DNA from: a virus
Taxonomy: Duplodnaviria; Caudoviricetes
Strand: one strand, 5' to 3'
IMG/VR virus record: IMGVR_UViG_3300025600_000032
Location: 1-42,470 of that record
Length of the DNA: 42,470 bases
Position numbers and translations under genes: made by a program. This document shows, one piece after another, positions 1 to 9,311 of the stretch (the stretch's first letter is position 1; the number at the start of each line of letters is the position of its first letter). The notes beneath the pieces were generated by a model. It was given only the letters and a program-made list of their open reading frames with translations. It made no database searches and was not told where the DNA came from.

Positions 1-244
1 CCAAATTAAATTTACGCATAACATATTCGATGGCTCTATAGCTACCTTCCCCAAAATCGGTGTATAAAAGGTCGCCACCAATATGTTCTATCATGCATGA
101 TGGGGACTTTTCGTCTCTAAATTCTGAGTTAAAAGGTTTGGATATGGATTTAAAATTTCTGCAATAAGCTTGGAATATTTGATATGTTGAGATTACATCT
201 AAGAGATTACTTTTGGTTAATAGGTTTTTGGTTGTAAAATTCAT
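1..244 (-). CDS. DNA primase, N-terminal part (runs off the window)
   Basis: Hand translation from ATG at 244: MNFTTKNLLTKSNLLDVISTYQIFQAYCRNF...SEFRDEKSPSCMIEHIGGDLLYTDFGEGS. The R-D-x-x-P-S-C...YxDF pattern resembles the N-terminal domain of crAss-like DnaG primases. Lies downstream of the SSB and ATPase genes. Confidence 0.7.
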   Translation of the reverse strand, partial: MNFTTKNLLTKSNLLDVISTYQIFQAYCRNFKSISKPFNSEFRDEKSPSCMIEHIGGDLLYTDFGEGSYRAIEYVMRKFNL

Positions 245-255
245 TTATTATATTT

Positions 256-285
256 AAAAGAAAGGGCTATCATTTCTGACAGCCC
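256..285 (-). terminator. Intrinsic terminator after the SSB-like gene
   Basis: Minus strand reads GGGCTGTCA-GAAA-TGATAGCCC followed by TTTCTTTT. Confidence 0.8.
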
Positions 286-318
286 AATCATTAACAACTA
301 TAAAACAACAATATTATT

Positions 319-966
319 CTACCAAGGTGATTCATCAGAACCATTATTACTACCAAATGCAGCAGTAATTGGATCTAAATCTGGATCAATACTTGGTTTT
401 CCAAGAGCTTTGTAATCATAGGCATTAGTCTTGTCAAAAGCCTTGATGTGATCTGGATTTGCTTTAACTTCTTCAAGAGAAGCAATAAATCCATAACGAC
501 GCAATCCTAACGAATAACCAACTTTCTCGGAATCTTTCTTCTGATATTCTTCGGCTGTAATTGCCCAAACTGCAAACTTACCACGAACTACTGGCATAAG
601 CTTATTCAAATAATCTTCAAGATTATCAGAATCAATAGCATCTACTTTTTCGGTAACGCCCAACTTTTTTGCGATTAATGCAATGTTAGATAGAAATTGT
701 CCCATCTGATCTGCATTATCTTTATTGAAATAGATTGTGAAGTTGACACGACCTACCTTACCGCCAAATTTAGATGTTTCGTCTGGCTCAAAACCAGCAT
801 CTAGGACTTTGGGGCCTTCCATAAACAACACAACCTGCTGTTTATCACTTTTGCTTGATGTTTTAAGATCAAATCCTACAATGGCAGCTTCCTGTACGCC
901 ATAAGATAAATACTTACTAACACCACTCTTCTCAATTACAACTGCACCGCGCGTATTAAAACTCAT
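319..966 (-). CDS. Putative single-stranded DNA-binding protein (crAss-like)
   Basis: 215 aa with an acidic, flexible tail ending DESPW. Located between the AAA ATPase and primase genes. Confidence 0.6.
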   Translation of the reverse strand: MSFNTRGAVVIEKSGVSKYLSYGVQEAAIVGFDLKTSSKSDKQQVVLFMEGPKVLDAGFEPDETSKFGGKVGRVNFTIYFNKDNADQMGQFLSNIALIAKKLGVTEKVDAIDSDNLEDYLNKLMPVVRGKFAVWAITAEEYQKKDSEKVGYSLGLRRYGFIASLEEVKANPDHIKAFDKTNAYDYKALGKPSIDPDLDPITAAFGSNNGSDESPW

Positions 967-992
967 ATATTAAATTTAATTGTTACTAATTA

Positions 993-1142
993 TTAGACAT
1001 CTGGCGTCTCGAATTCTTCACCACAATCTTTACATATATATCCCCAATTGCCATTACTTAAACATTCAGAAGAATCACATCCACAATATGGGCAGTTATA
1101 ATCTGAATCATTATATCTCAATTTAGAATAGTCTATTTTCAT
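993..1142 (-). CDS. Small zinc-ribbon protein (49 aa, not in the ORF track)
   Basis: MKIDYSKLRYNDSDYNCPYCGCDSSECLSNGNWGYICKDCGEEFETPDV with CPYC and CKDC pairs. ATGA overlap with the ATPase stop codon. Confidence 0.7.
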   Translation of the reverse strand: MKIDYSKLRYNDSDYNCPYCGCDSSECLSNGNWGYICKDCGEEFETPDV

Positions 1143-1933
1143 TTTAAATAAATTCTATCCCAGAATGTAGATATTGATTTATCTTCATTTTTCTGAGAGA
1201 TTACTATTTCACCGTCAAGATGTTTACATCTACCACCACAAGCAATGGAGTTCTCATTGTTAAAATTAATAACTCCTTCATCTCCACGACGAAAGAAATG
1301 CCCAACAGCATCAGCACTAGAACAATAGATTCCCTTGACTTTGCCTGTTAGATCTATATCTTTAGTCTCGACAGTATCTCCAGATTTTTTGGCTTCAATA
1401 AACTTATCTTTAACATGAGCTAAAATGATAGTATGTTTTGCAGATTTTGCAATCATATCATACCATTTAACCATTTGGTCACGACTAAATTTATAACCAT
1501 TGCCATCTCCCAATTGGTGAACAGTTTCAAACTTGGGACTTCCCATTTTATATCTTTCGCCAGTTGCTGGATCCATATTAAAACGTTTACCCATAGATTT
1601 GCCCATATAATTAAGCGTTCCAACAAGTTCAGACCATTCATCCAATTTGGTACCCGAATCTATTATTACATAGTCATATGGATTGCCAGCATCGGCAATA
1701 GCTTTAAGAATTTTCTCAAATTCTGGCGGATTACCAGCTTGAACCACATTTGCATCAACAAAATCAGCACCTCCTGGCTCTAATTCTATTAATAATGAAT
1801 TCTTTAATTGTGCTATAATGCTAGTCTTACCAGCTTTGGGCACACTAAATATAATCATTGTACCAGGATTTACAGCAGTTGCTGGTCTTGGTTGCATGGG
1901 TAATATAAATTTTTCTTCACTCATATTAATCAA
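1139..1933 (-). CDS. P-loop AAA ATPase (AAA_24/Sak4-like)
   Basis: Walker A-like FSVPKAGKTS, Walker B VIIDS, ILAH motif and ADAVG. The true start may be ATG at 1924. Confidence 0.8.
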   Translation of the reverse strand: MINMSEEKFILPMQPRPATAVNPGTMIIFSVPKAGKTSIIAQLKNSLLIELEPGGADFVDANVVQAGNPPEFEKILKAIADAGNPYDYVIIDSGTKLDEWSELVGTLNYMGKSMGKRFNMDPATGERYKMGSPKFETVHQLGDGNGYKFSRDQMVKWYDMIAKSAKHTIILAHVKDKFIEAKKSGDTVETKDIDLTGKVKGIYCSSADAVGHFFRRGDEGVINFNNENSIACGGRCKHLDGEIVISQKNEDKSISTFWDRIYLK

Positions 1934-1947
1934 TCATAAAATATTGT

Positions 1948-2520
1948 TTAATTAAAGGCTTTTCTATATTTCCATATAAATCCACCTGATGTTTTTTGAA
2001 CTCCAGAACACGCACTACTGATACAATCTTTATTAAGATTTAAACTATCAGCAGCTTGTTTTATAAAGTTCCAGTTTTTTATTAAAATTCCATCTAATGA
2101 ATATTGAGATACTGGAGATATCCAGCTACAATCAATTCCAGATTTAATTAAATTATTAATCTTTGCATGTTTAGTGTTTTCTAAACTTGTACACCATTCT
2201 AAATTTAATATAAAATTATTAGATTTATCACAATCTATATGATTAACTTCCTTTTTATTATCTGGATTTTCAATAAAATGTATAGCAACCAATCTGTGTA
2301 TTTTAAAATACTTTGTTTTTAGATCTTTTCTTAATGAAACAAATCTATATCCATCTTTATCGGTTCTCTTATATATTATTGAATCTGGTTTTGATATATA
2401 ACTAGTTCTTTTTCTTCCAACAAACCAAGTTTTAGCTAGAGACTTTACGTTTCCATAATTACTAATTTGATAACTTTCTTCATATCCAATAATTGGAATC
2501 CATATTTCTTCCATTTGCAT
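1948..2520 (-). CDS. NUMOD4-HNH-NUMOD1 free-standing homing endonuclease
   Basis: EIWIPIIGYEESYQISNYGNVKS (NUMOD4), HRLVA...VNHIDCDKSNN...NLEW (HNH) and VSQYSLDG...GGFIWKY (NUMOD1-like). Confidence 0.92.
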   Translation of the reverse strand: MQMEEIWIPIIGYEESYQISNYGNVKSLAKTWFVGRKRTSYISKPDSIIYKRTDKDGYRFVSLRKDLKTKYFKIHRLVAIHFIENPDNKKEVNHIDCDKSNNFILNLEWCTSLENTKHAKINNLIKSGIDCSWISPVSQYSLDGILIKNWNFIKQAADSLNLNKDCISSACSGVQKTSGGFIWKYRKAFN

Positions 2521-2536
2521 AAATTTAAATTATATA

Positions 2537-2544
2537 CAAATATA
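2537..2544 (-). promoter_or_regulatory. Bacteroidota-type -7 promoter element upstream of the HNH gene
   Basis: Minus strand TATATTTG matches TAnnTTTG, 16 nt upstream of the ATG. Confidence 0.55.
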
Positions 2545-2594
2545 CGTAAAAATATTGATTTTATGAAATAAAAGTCTTAAAATCAGTTAATTAT

Positions 2595-3728
2595 CTATAT
2601 TGTTTCTCGATTATATTTTTCAATCTGTTGATAAACTTTTTCTGAAGGATCTCTAGGTAGTTCTGCAAAATAATTGCACGCTCCTAGAAACATTAAATCA
2701 ATTGAAGCGCTAGATATTCCATTACGATTGAGATTAATTATTAATTCCCTATGGTTGTGTCCAATTCTAGCTAAATCCCAAGGATTTCCTGGTACTCCAC
2801 CATATTGTTGAATACCATATCTTGCTGGCCAAAATAAACTTAGCATTAAATTAACATCCCTACCAACTGCTTTATTATCACCAAGTCCATCTGGGCTAGG
2901 CTTGAGTTTGTCAATTATTGTTCCTCCAGATTTAGTAAATTCCTGTCTTTCCGAATCTGCTGCTTGTTGTTGAACTATAGTTGGGATATAATTCCATCTA
3001 TCTCTCATTTTCAAGCAATATTCACTACTAAATCTACCCATGGATTCTCTCAATGACTCACCTTTCTCTGGACTTAATAAAGAGATATGATCTACAACAA
3101 TAATAACATATTCGTTTGGATTATCTGGAATATAATAATCTATAACCTTTTTTGTTGATATAACCCCAGTTGTTGGGTCTTGCCAATCCATGTCCTTATA
3201 TATATAATGTCCATGATTTTCGGCATAGGTCTTAACAACATTATAAATACCAAAAGGATTTCTGGTAGAGTCGTAAAACTCAACAATATCATTAAATTCT
3301 TCAAGCCATTCTTGAAACGGTTTAGATTTTATGATTTTAAGAATTCTTTCATCGAGTATTTTACCTTCAAACATTGATTGCAAATTCTCTGGAGATATGA
3401 TTTCACCATAATCCCTAAATAATTTATAACTAATAACGGATATTATCTTTTCTTGCTTAGCCATCTCAAGGCTAAAGTATAATATTTTAACCTTAACATC
3501 TTTATCGCGATTCTTCATGTACCATTCTATTGGTTGATACATATAAAGAAAGTCCGTAATCTGTGTTTTGCCAACTTTACTATTGGCTGAGATCAAATTA
3601 TATCTACCCTGAACAATTCCTGGTAAAACTCTGGATAGTCTAGGTAGACTCCATGGTATGGCTATTATACCTCCATTGAGTCGTTTATTTCGATTATCTT
3701 CAAGCTTTTGAATTATTCTATTAATCAT
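2595..3728 (-). CDS. dnaB: Replicative DnaB-like (SF4) helicase
   Basis: ANSKVGKT Walker A, YFSLEM, IIVVDHISLL, VQQQ and an NRNG arginine-finger region. Confidence 0.88.
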   Translation of the reverse strand: MINRIIQKLEDNRNKRLNGGIIAIPWSLPRLSRVLPGIVQGRYNLISANSKVGKTQITDFLYMYQPIEWYMKNRDKDVKVKILYFSLEMAKQEKIISVISYKLFRDYGEIISPENLQSMFEGKILDERILKIIKSKPFQEWLEEFNDIVEFYDSTRNPFGIYNVVKTYAENHGHYIYKDMDWQDPTTGVISTKKVIDYYIPDNPNEYVIIVVDHISLLSPEKGESLRESMGRFSSEYCLKMRDRWNYIPTIVQQQAADSERQEFTKSGGTIIDKLKPSPDGLGDNKAVGRDVNLMLSLFWPARYGIQQYGGVPGNPWDLARIGHNHRELIINLNRNGISSASIDLMFLGACNYFAELPRDPSEKVYQQIEKYNRETI

Positions 3729-4140
3729 CTATTAATGCCTCCATTTGCCTCATAGTATATTCAGAATCATTAGAAGAATTATCAATATGGTGTTTATATA
3801 AAATTCCTTTTAACCTACTACTAATACATATCAAATAATTCATTAATACTGGTTTTTGTATATCACCACAAACAAAAAATAATATTGAAGTAATACCAGT
3901 ATTAATATCTTTATGGATTTCAACATAGGCATTAAGAACATCTTTAATTGTAGATCCTGGGAAATAATGATTAGCTAACAATATTAGATCATCAATAGAT
4001 CTATTCCTACCAGAAATACATTGTTCTTCGCTATTATCACTCCAATATGTTTTTGGTGAACGTTTATCAAGGTAATCTTTTAATAAAATCTTTAAAGATT
4101 TTGGATCTTTAGGTGCTTCTGTGTAAAATATAGTTCTCAT
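3721..4140 (-). CDS. Hypothetical protein
   Basis: 139 aa ORF coupled to the helicase start. Confidence 0.6.
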   Translation of the reverse strand: MRTIFYTEAPKDPKSLKILLKDYLDKRSPKTYWSDNSEEQCISGRNRSIDDLILLANHYFPGSTIKDVLNAYVEIHKDINTGITSILFFVCGDIQKPVLMNYLICISSRLKGILYKHHIDNSSNDSEYTMRQMEALIDD

Positions 4141-4142
4141 TA

Positions 4143-4355
4143 TTATTTTGATTTAATTAATCCTCTCAAACAAAAGGCTGTATATATACTAAACATTAGT
4201 GACATTTGATATTCTTGCATATTATAATTATATCCAGCCCAAAACGCGTTAGAAATCAACCATAATTTGTACGACAATAATTTATGATCATTAATATTAG
4301 CTATATATCCTAAAATTGCTATTAAGGCAAAAAGTATTTTAATCATCATACTCAT
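4143..4355 (-). CDS. Small membrane protein
   Basis: 70 aa with three hydrophobic segments and a WLISN motif. Confidence 0.55.
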   Translation of the reverse strand: MSMMIKILFALIAILGYIANINDHKLLSYKLWLISNAFWAGYNYNMQEYQMSLMFSIYTAFCLRGLIKSK

Positions 4356-4707
4356 CTAGCGGATTAGATCTTTGCTTTAAATTTGCAATAGATATGTCAT
4401 TATTTATACAATCATTAAATTCACAATATGAAGGATATCCTCTATCATTTCCATAAAAATCAATTATTTTATGTTGTTCTGGACAAACTACTCTATTGTC
4501 ACATGATTTATGTGTTTTCTTAAATGGCCATAATCCAGTTACATAAGTATGAACTTCTAGTTCTATTTTTAATTCACTTCCACATGTTGGACAAATTCCA
4601 GCCTTTAAGCATAATCGAAAATATTCTTCCTTAGCTTTTATTGTGGATTTATTTTCATTTGCTAATGTTATTAGTTCATTAGCTTTATTTAATAGTTCAA
4701 TATTCAT
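4339..4707 (-). CDS. Hypothetical protein with a CPTC zinc-binding motif
   Basis: 122 aa containing CPTCG...CPEQH. Confidence 0.55.
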   Translation of the reverse strand: MNIELLNKANELITLANENKSTIKAKEEYFRLCLKAGICPTCGSELKIELEVHTYVTGLWPFKKTHKSCDNRVVCPEQHKIIDFYGNDRGYPSYCEFNDCINNDISIANLKQRSNPLDEYDD

Positions 4708-5255
4708 AACCTAATCTCCATTGATTTTCTATTTACCGAAGGCTCATCTTCCTTCTCTAACCATGCCATTAATCCAGAATTACCATCTTTCTCTATAAAA
4801 TATGGAGCAATTTGCATTCCTCGATCAATAGTTTGCTCATTAAATTGAGCCACATAATTAGAACATACAGCCACTATTTTATCTATAGTATAATCAGCCA
4901 TTCCATGCCCCTTATCGAGCTTTTTAAGCTTATCTACTAAGATCTTTATAGTTCCTCTCCATGGGTATTTACCATCCTTAGATCCTCTAGGAAAGCACTC
5001 TCTTATCGAAGTTGCTAGCTGAGTATAATCTCTGCCAATTCCTTCGATAAGAAATAATGCTTTTGGTAATAGACTAACAGTACCACCATCAATCAAAACA
5101 TATTGCTTTGATGATAGTGATAAGTAGTCTACTTTTCTCTCCATATAATCTATGGATTTACCATTTTGTTTTGAATAAATTGCTAGTAGAGATAAATATT
5201 CATTAATACTTAGTCCTCTACGAGTAATTCTTTCGGTATCAATTGTAATTTGCAT
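4704..5255 (-). CDS. Putative replication initiator / helicase-loader-like protein
   Basis: N-terminal winged-helix-like region (GLSINEYLSLL) and a C-terminal FPRG..YPWRG..YFIEKDG domain. Upstream of the helicase, as in crAss-like replication modules. Function inferred from context. Confidence 0.45.
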   Translation of the reverse strand: MQITIDTERITRRGLSINEYLSLLAIYSKQNGKSIDYMERKVDYLSLSSKQYVLIDGGTVSLLPKALFLIEGIGRDYTQLATSIRECFPRGSKDGKYPWRGTIKILVDKLKKLDKGHGMADYTIDKIVAVCSNYVAQFNEQTIDRGMQIAPYFIEKDGNSGLMAWLEKEDEPSVNRKSMEIRL

Positions 5256-6226
5256 TATTTTTTAATAAGCCAAACTCTTATATTGTTGTCTGAATTTGGA
5301 TTTAAAGCAACTACTGGAGTAAGATTGTCGGCTTTCTCGTCATCAAATGGATCCTCACTAATAAACAACTCATCCATTAATGTACAAACGCTTTCATTTG
5401 CTTCGGTTGTTGATAATAATACAAATGCTGCTGAAACTTCAGCAATTTTAGTCTTAAGTAATTTTTCAAAAACTAAATCTAAAAATCTTAAATCAGAATA
5501 ATCTTCAATTATATCATTTAGTTGATCGAAATTATCCGAATTATAATCCTCAATACATTCATAAGCACTATCTATTCCATCAATGGCACGGATTCCACAA
5601 GAGCATAAAACTCTATCATTGCTTAAATCTCTTGTACCAGAATTTGATAATGTAATAGTAATACCATTGTGTATTAATACTATGTCACCTGCTCGAATTA
5701 TGGTAGCTTCAATTGCTTGATCCATTGTTAATTTTGGTGGTTCTGGTATTGCTGGTATTGCGGGTTGATCGAATAATGATAACCTGTATTTAGCTTCAAC
5801 TCCACTGTTATTAATACATTGGAAGTATTCGGCATCGGCAAGGCTATCCACCTGAGTATCATCTCCATCAATATATACTCCATTATACTCTTTACCAACA
5901 GTGATATTCTTGGCTTTTTGAGGAGCTTTAAAACATTTTAATTTTATTGACATTTGTTGTTGTATTTGATTGTTAATTAATTCTGGTTGTTCGCCTAATT
6001 TTAGGAAATCTTGATAAGAGATTTCAGTTTCTGTGTTACTTGGATGATTAAAATAACCTATTGGACTGTGTAAAATAAATGATTGCGCATTAAAATATAA
6101 ACAATCTGAATTTACGTTTGAAATTTCCAAAGCATGACCAAACCATTTATATCCTAAATAAAAAGCTTTTCTCTGAACTAATTCTGAAATTTCTGGATTT
6201 GGTATTCTTATTTTATATGCTTGCAT
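5255..6226 (-). CDS. Hypothetical two-domain protein, possible internal start at 5953
   Basis: 323 aa. The N-terminal VQRKAFYLGYKW domain is joined to the rest by an A/C-rich linker. Confidence 0.6.
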   Translation of the reverse strand: MQAYKIRIPNPEISELVQRKAFYLGYKWFGHALEISNVNSDCLYFNAQSFILHSPIGYFNHPSNTETEISYQDFLKLGEQPELINNQIQQQMSIKLKCFKAPQKAKNITVGKEYNGVYIDGDDTQVDSLADAEYFQCINNSGVEAKYRLSLFDQPAIPAIPEPPKLTMDQAIEATIIRAGDIVLIHNGITITLSNSGTRDLSNDRVLCSCGIRAIDGIDSAYECIEDYNSDNFDQLNDIIEDYSDLRFLDLVFEKLLKTKIAEVSAAFVLLSTTEANESVCTLMDELFISEDPFDDEKADNLTPVVALNPNSDNNIRVWLIKK

Positions 6227-6380
6227 AATTTAATCGTCTAATGAAATTATCTTAATTGCACATTCACTTGGGATTGATATTCCAGTAAATATGTAATAAA
6301 TTACAGTTATTGGAAATAATATTATAGACAAAAACATTAATATAATCCAAAATATAAAACAGCAAATAAATGTTAATCTC

Positions 6381-6599
6381 TTAAGCATATTCTATCCTCC
6401 TCGATAATTGCTCATAGTCTTCTTCTTTATAGCCTCTATAAGCCATTAATGATGATTGAGCATCTTCTTCATTAACTTCAAAGTATTTAGCTATTAGAAC
6501 AACTAATTGCTCATCAGTTTTGGCTCCATATTCCATGGTTAAAGCAGAAATCATTATCTCAAATTGAGCCTGGGTTTTTTTAATCTTTGGATAATACAT
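6381..6599 (-). CDS. Hypothetical protein
   Basis: Start trimmed to the ATG (MYYPKIKK) just past the upstream stop codon. Confidence 0.55.
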   Translation of the reverse strand: MYYPKIKKTQAQFEIMISALTMEYGAKTDEQLVVLIAKYFEVNEEDAQSSLMAYRGYKEEDYEQLSRRIEYA

Positions 6600-6603
6600 A
6601 TTA

Positions 6604-6957
6604 TTATGGATTGTATTCTTGACATTCAGATATATCATAAGATTTAACAGTTTTATCTCCTTTTGATATAACCAAATTGATATCTGATGAATAGTATCCA
6701 TTGTTTGATCCATATCCAGGAATTTTAACCGAATATCCTTTTATTGGAATTAACTCTATGCCATAATCTGGAATTCTATTGAAGAAATTATCATTTGTTA
6801 AATCAAATTCCAAATCATCAAAATCATTTAGAACCAAATCATCAAATGATAAACTGTGACTTTCGCAGCAATCTTGATAATGTTCTGAGGATAATTTTAT
6901 TCCATTATTAAACTCTATAAATTCCGAATCTATTCTAATTACTTTTAGTTTATTCAT
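6604..6957 (-). CDS. Conserved phage hypothetical protein
   Basis: HYQDCCESH and NNGYYS motifs recur in small phage proteins. Confidence 0.65.
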   Translation of the reverse strand: MNKLKVIRIDSEFIEFNNGIKLSSEHYQDCCESHSLSFDDLVLNDFDDLEFDLTNDNFFNRIPDYGIELIPIKGYSVKIPGYGSNNGYYSSDINLVISKGDKTVKSYDISECQEYNP

Positions 6958-6958
6958 G

Positions 6959-7231
6959 TTAAAATATTCTTTTATACCAAGGTTTAGACTTACTTTCCAA
7001 ATATAAGCCCATCATATGTCTAGCTTCTTCTATAATTGCAGCTCTACGTTTAATTACAGCATTACCATAATTAATATAGATTGTACTACCTTTTGTACTA
7101 ATTAATGGTGTATTTTTAAATGCACCAACTTTAACTACGGTAACTTTTTTGTCATTACGACGAGCAGGCAATCCATAGATATTTTGAATAACTATAGACT
7201 GCCTACATTTCATTAATAATAATGCTTTCAT
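6959..7231 (-). CDS. Hypothetical protein
   Basis: 90 aa basic ORF, tightly packed with its neighbours. Confidence 0.55.
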   Translation of the reverse strand: MKALLLMKCRQSIVIQNIYGLPARRNDKKVTVVKVGAFKNTPLISTKGSTIYINYGNAVIKRRAAIIEEARHMMGLYLESKSKPWYKRIF

Positions 7232-7419
7232 ATTGCAAGTTTACATCTTGTTTTATAAATAACTTCTTCTTCTCTGCGAACTGTAACCCTTCCTGCTGGA
7301 GTAACAGTTCTTATTAATTCCATACAAAATATATGTAATGGTTTTTCAACAAAATGCATGATTTTGCGACCATTAATAATTTGGCCTTGAACTTTAATTG
7401 GTTCTATTCTTCTTCTCAT
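7228..7419 (-). CDS. Hypothetical protein
   Basis: Start trimmed to the ATG (MRRRIEPIK). Stop overlaps the next start. Confidence 0.5.
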   Translation of the reverse strand: MRRRIEPIKVQGQIINGRKIMHFVEKPLHIFCMELIRTVTPAGRVTVRREEEVIYKTRCKLAI

Positions 7420-7591
7420 AATTACCAATAATTTAAGCATAAAAAAACAAACAATATTATAAATCCAATTATATGCGATACAACACAAAGAGATGTAGAC
7501 ATTGAATCATCATATTTATTTTCGTACAATTCTATTATAGCAGAAATTGTCCAGATAATATAAATTATTAAACAAATATATCTCATGATTG

Positions 7592-7798
7592 TTATTTATT
7601 TGTTTGATTTCCAGGCATACCCACTGCAATTATTAAAATTACAAATAGAGATATAAATATAAATGCAACGCCAAGTCCAACCCTGAGATCTCTACTCCAC
7701 AATACCAAATTAAACGTAGCCTCACAAAAACTACCTGCTAAATAGAATAATACAGATAATAACACCAATACCACTACTGATATATTTAATGCTTTCAT
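7592..7798 (-). CDS. Small two-TM membrane protein
   Basis: Two hydrophobic helices in 68 aa. Confidence 0.55.
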   Translation of the reverse strand: MKALNISVVVLVLLSVLFYLAGSFCEATFNLVLWSRDLRVGLGVAFIFISLFVILIIAVGMPGNQTNK

Positions 7799-7802
7799 TT
7801 AA

Positions 7803-8456
7803 TTATTTATAAATTAATAAACATGTTAACATTGGGCCACCTCCAGCATTATATTCGTAACAAATATAGTCTTTAATACGACCCTTAATTCCGCCAATTA
7901 CATATTTGTGAATCCAATTGTAACGATTTTTATCATATTTAAGTTCGACATTGGACATAACTGTATGAGTAATTTGACCTCCTAGTAATCCAAATATTGG
8001 CTGTAAATATTGATCTTTTGTTTTGGCTCCATTAGGATTTCTTAATGCAAAAGATAATATAAATGCTTTATTATGTGTGCAGTCTGAAGATTGCGTTTCT
8101 ATTTGCTTTAATAATGTTTTTTTAATAACACTAAGATCAGAAACACAAGTTAAGTCACAATCTATAAATGTAGAACCATAGTTTTCAATAGATTTATTTA
8201 CTACTTCTATATTAGGAACATTTTTACATCCTTTATATATGTCAATAAATATATCTAAGTTTATTTCGCAAATAACAAGTCTGTCTTTACTTATGAATGT
8301 TCTGTGATTGTCTATGTGACGTTTATAGTCTGGGCCAGTAACAATAGTTGATGGTCTTTGCTTAGGGAGACATTTACCAACTCTTTCGTAAAACTCAGCC
8401 TCAATCATATGTTTGATTGAAGCTGAACTAAAGTCATGTGTGAATTTAGGATTCAT
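7803..8456 (-). CDS. Hypothetical protein, possibly with a Rossmann/methyltransferase-like fold
   Basis: Alternating beta-alpha pattern with LVICEIN and FIDCDLT. Weak support. Confidence 0.45.
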   Translation of the reverse strand: MNPKFTHDFSSASIKHMIEAEFYERVGKCLPKQRPSTIVTGPDYKRHIDNHRTFISKDRLVICEINLDIFIDIYKGCKNVPNIEVVNKSIENYGSTFIDCDLTCVSDLSVIKKTLLKQIETQSSDCTHNKAFILSFALRNPNGAKTKDQYLQPIFGLLGGQITHTVMSNVELKYDKNRYNWIHKYVIGGIKGRIKDYICYEYNAGGGPMLTCLLIYK

Positions 8457-8692
8457 TAAATTGTAATTTTTTCTAATGTCCCATTCTTAATGTAATCGAA
8501 AAATTCCATTAAATCTTGCTCATTTACATAAATAATCGAATCTAAATCTGTTCCAAACACAAGATGGCAATTTTCATCTTCCATAAAGAATAAACTTCCA
8601 ACTGGATATTCAATTGTTTCTGTTGCAATAAATGATCCCTTACTTGGATCGAAATATTCAATTACTTTTGTTGTTTGATAAATTTGAATCAT
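8456..8692 (-). CDS. Hypothetical protein
   Basis: 78 aa, coupled to the next ORF. Confidence 0.55.
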   Translation of the reverse strand: MIQIYQTTKVIEYFDPSKGSFIATETIEYPVGSLFFMEDENCHLVFGTDLDSIIYVNEQDLMEFFDYIKNGTLEKITI

Positions 8693-8696
8693 TGTT

Positions 8697-9089
8697 TTAC
8701 TCTCCTAATATTTGAAATGAATATTCAACATCTCCATAAAGATCAGAGACGTATTGTTTTACGGCTATTTCTAGCCTGTTTTTAGGGCTTAAGCGGTTCC
8801 AATATGGAGCGCCAATAGTTTTCTTTGGTCTGGCTTCATCACTTACTGCAAAGGCGCAAAATGACTCTCCAAGAGTCGTATGCAATTCACATCTGTGATA
8901 TCTTGGTAATTGAATGGTTTTAAGTCTGGTAATATCAGACTTTTCCATTTTACCATCAGCATTACGCTCAATTTGAGCAACTGCTTTACCGTTTTGATCT
9001 ACTTTTGTTGATAATTCGTACTTGCCACGTGTGGCTAAGCGAGCTTCCAAATTAATGGTCAGCTCAATAGTTGTATTTGAGTAATTCAT
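8697..9089 (-). CDS. Hypothetical protein
   Basis: Start trimmed to the ATG (MNYSNTT). The longer GTG start would overlap the tmRNA 3' hairpin. Confidence 0.6.
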   Translation of the reverse strand: MNYSNTTIELTINLEARLATRGKYELSTKVDQNGKAVAQIERNADGKMEKSDITRLKTIQLPRYHRCELHTTLGESFCAFAVSDEARPKKTIGAPYWNRLSPKNRLEIAVKQYVSDLYGDVEYSFQILGE

Positions 9090-9104
9090 AATATTAATAT
9101 AAAT

Positions 9105-9246
9105 AAGGGTGTTTACGTACACCCTCGGAAACGTCACGATTACGCTGCTATAAGCAACTCTTGTGAGAAATTAACAGTTTTGCCTGTTGTTATTCGCTAA
9201 ATTCTCTTCTATTCTACTTACTGCGAATCAATTACTACTCACCCCC
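9105..9246 (-). ncRNA. ssrA: tmRNA coding piece (permuted two-piece tmRNA)
   Basis: Starts GGGGGTG AGTAGTAATTGAT. Tag ORF 9184->9140 is GGC AAA ACT GTT AAT TTC TCA CAA GAG TTG CTT ATA GCA GCG TAA = GKTVNFSQELLIAA*. Ends in the hairpin AGGGTGT-ACGTAA-ACACCCT. Confidence 0.85.
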
Positions 9247-9311
9247 GAAATTAATGCAAGAGATTTAAAGTGTTATTCCTGCGGCCACTTAACTCAATTG
9301 GCTTGAGCGAG

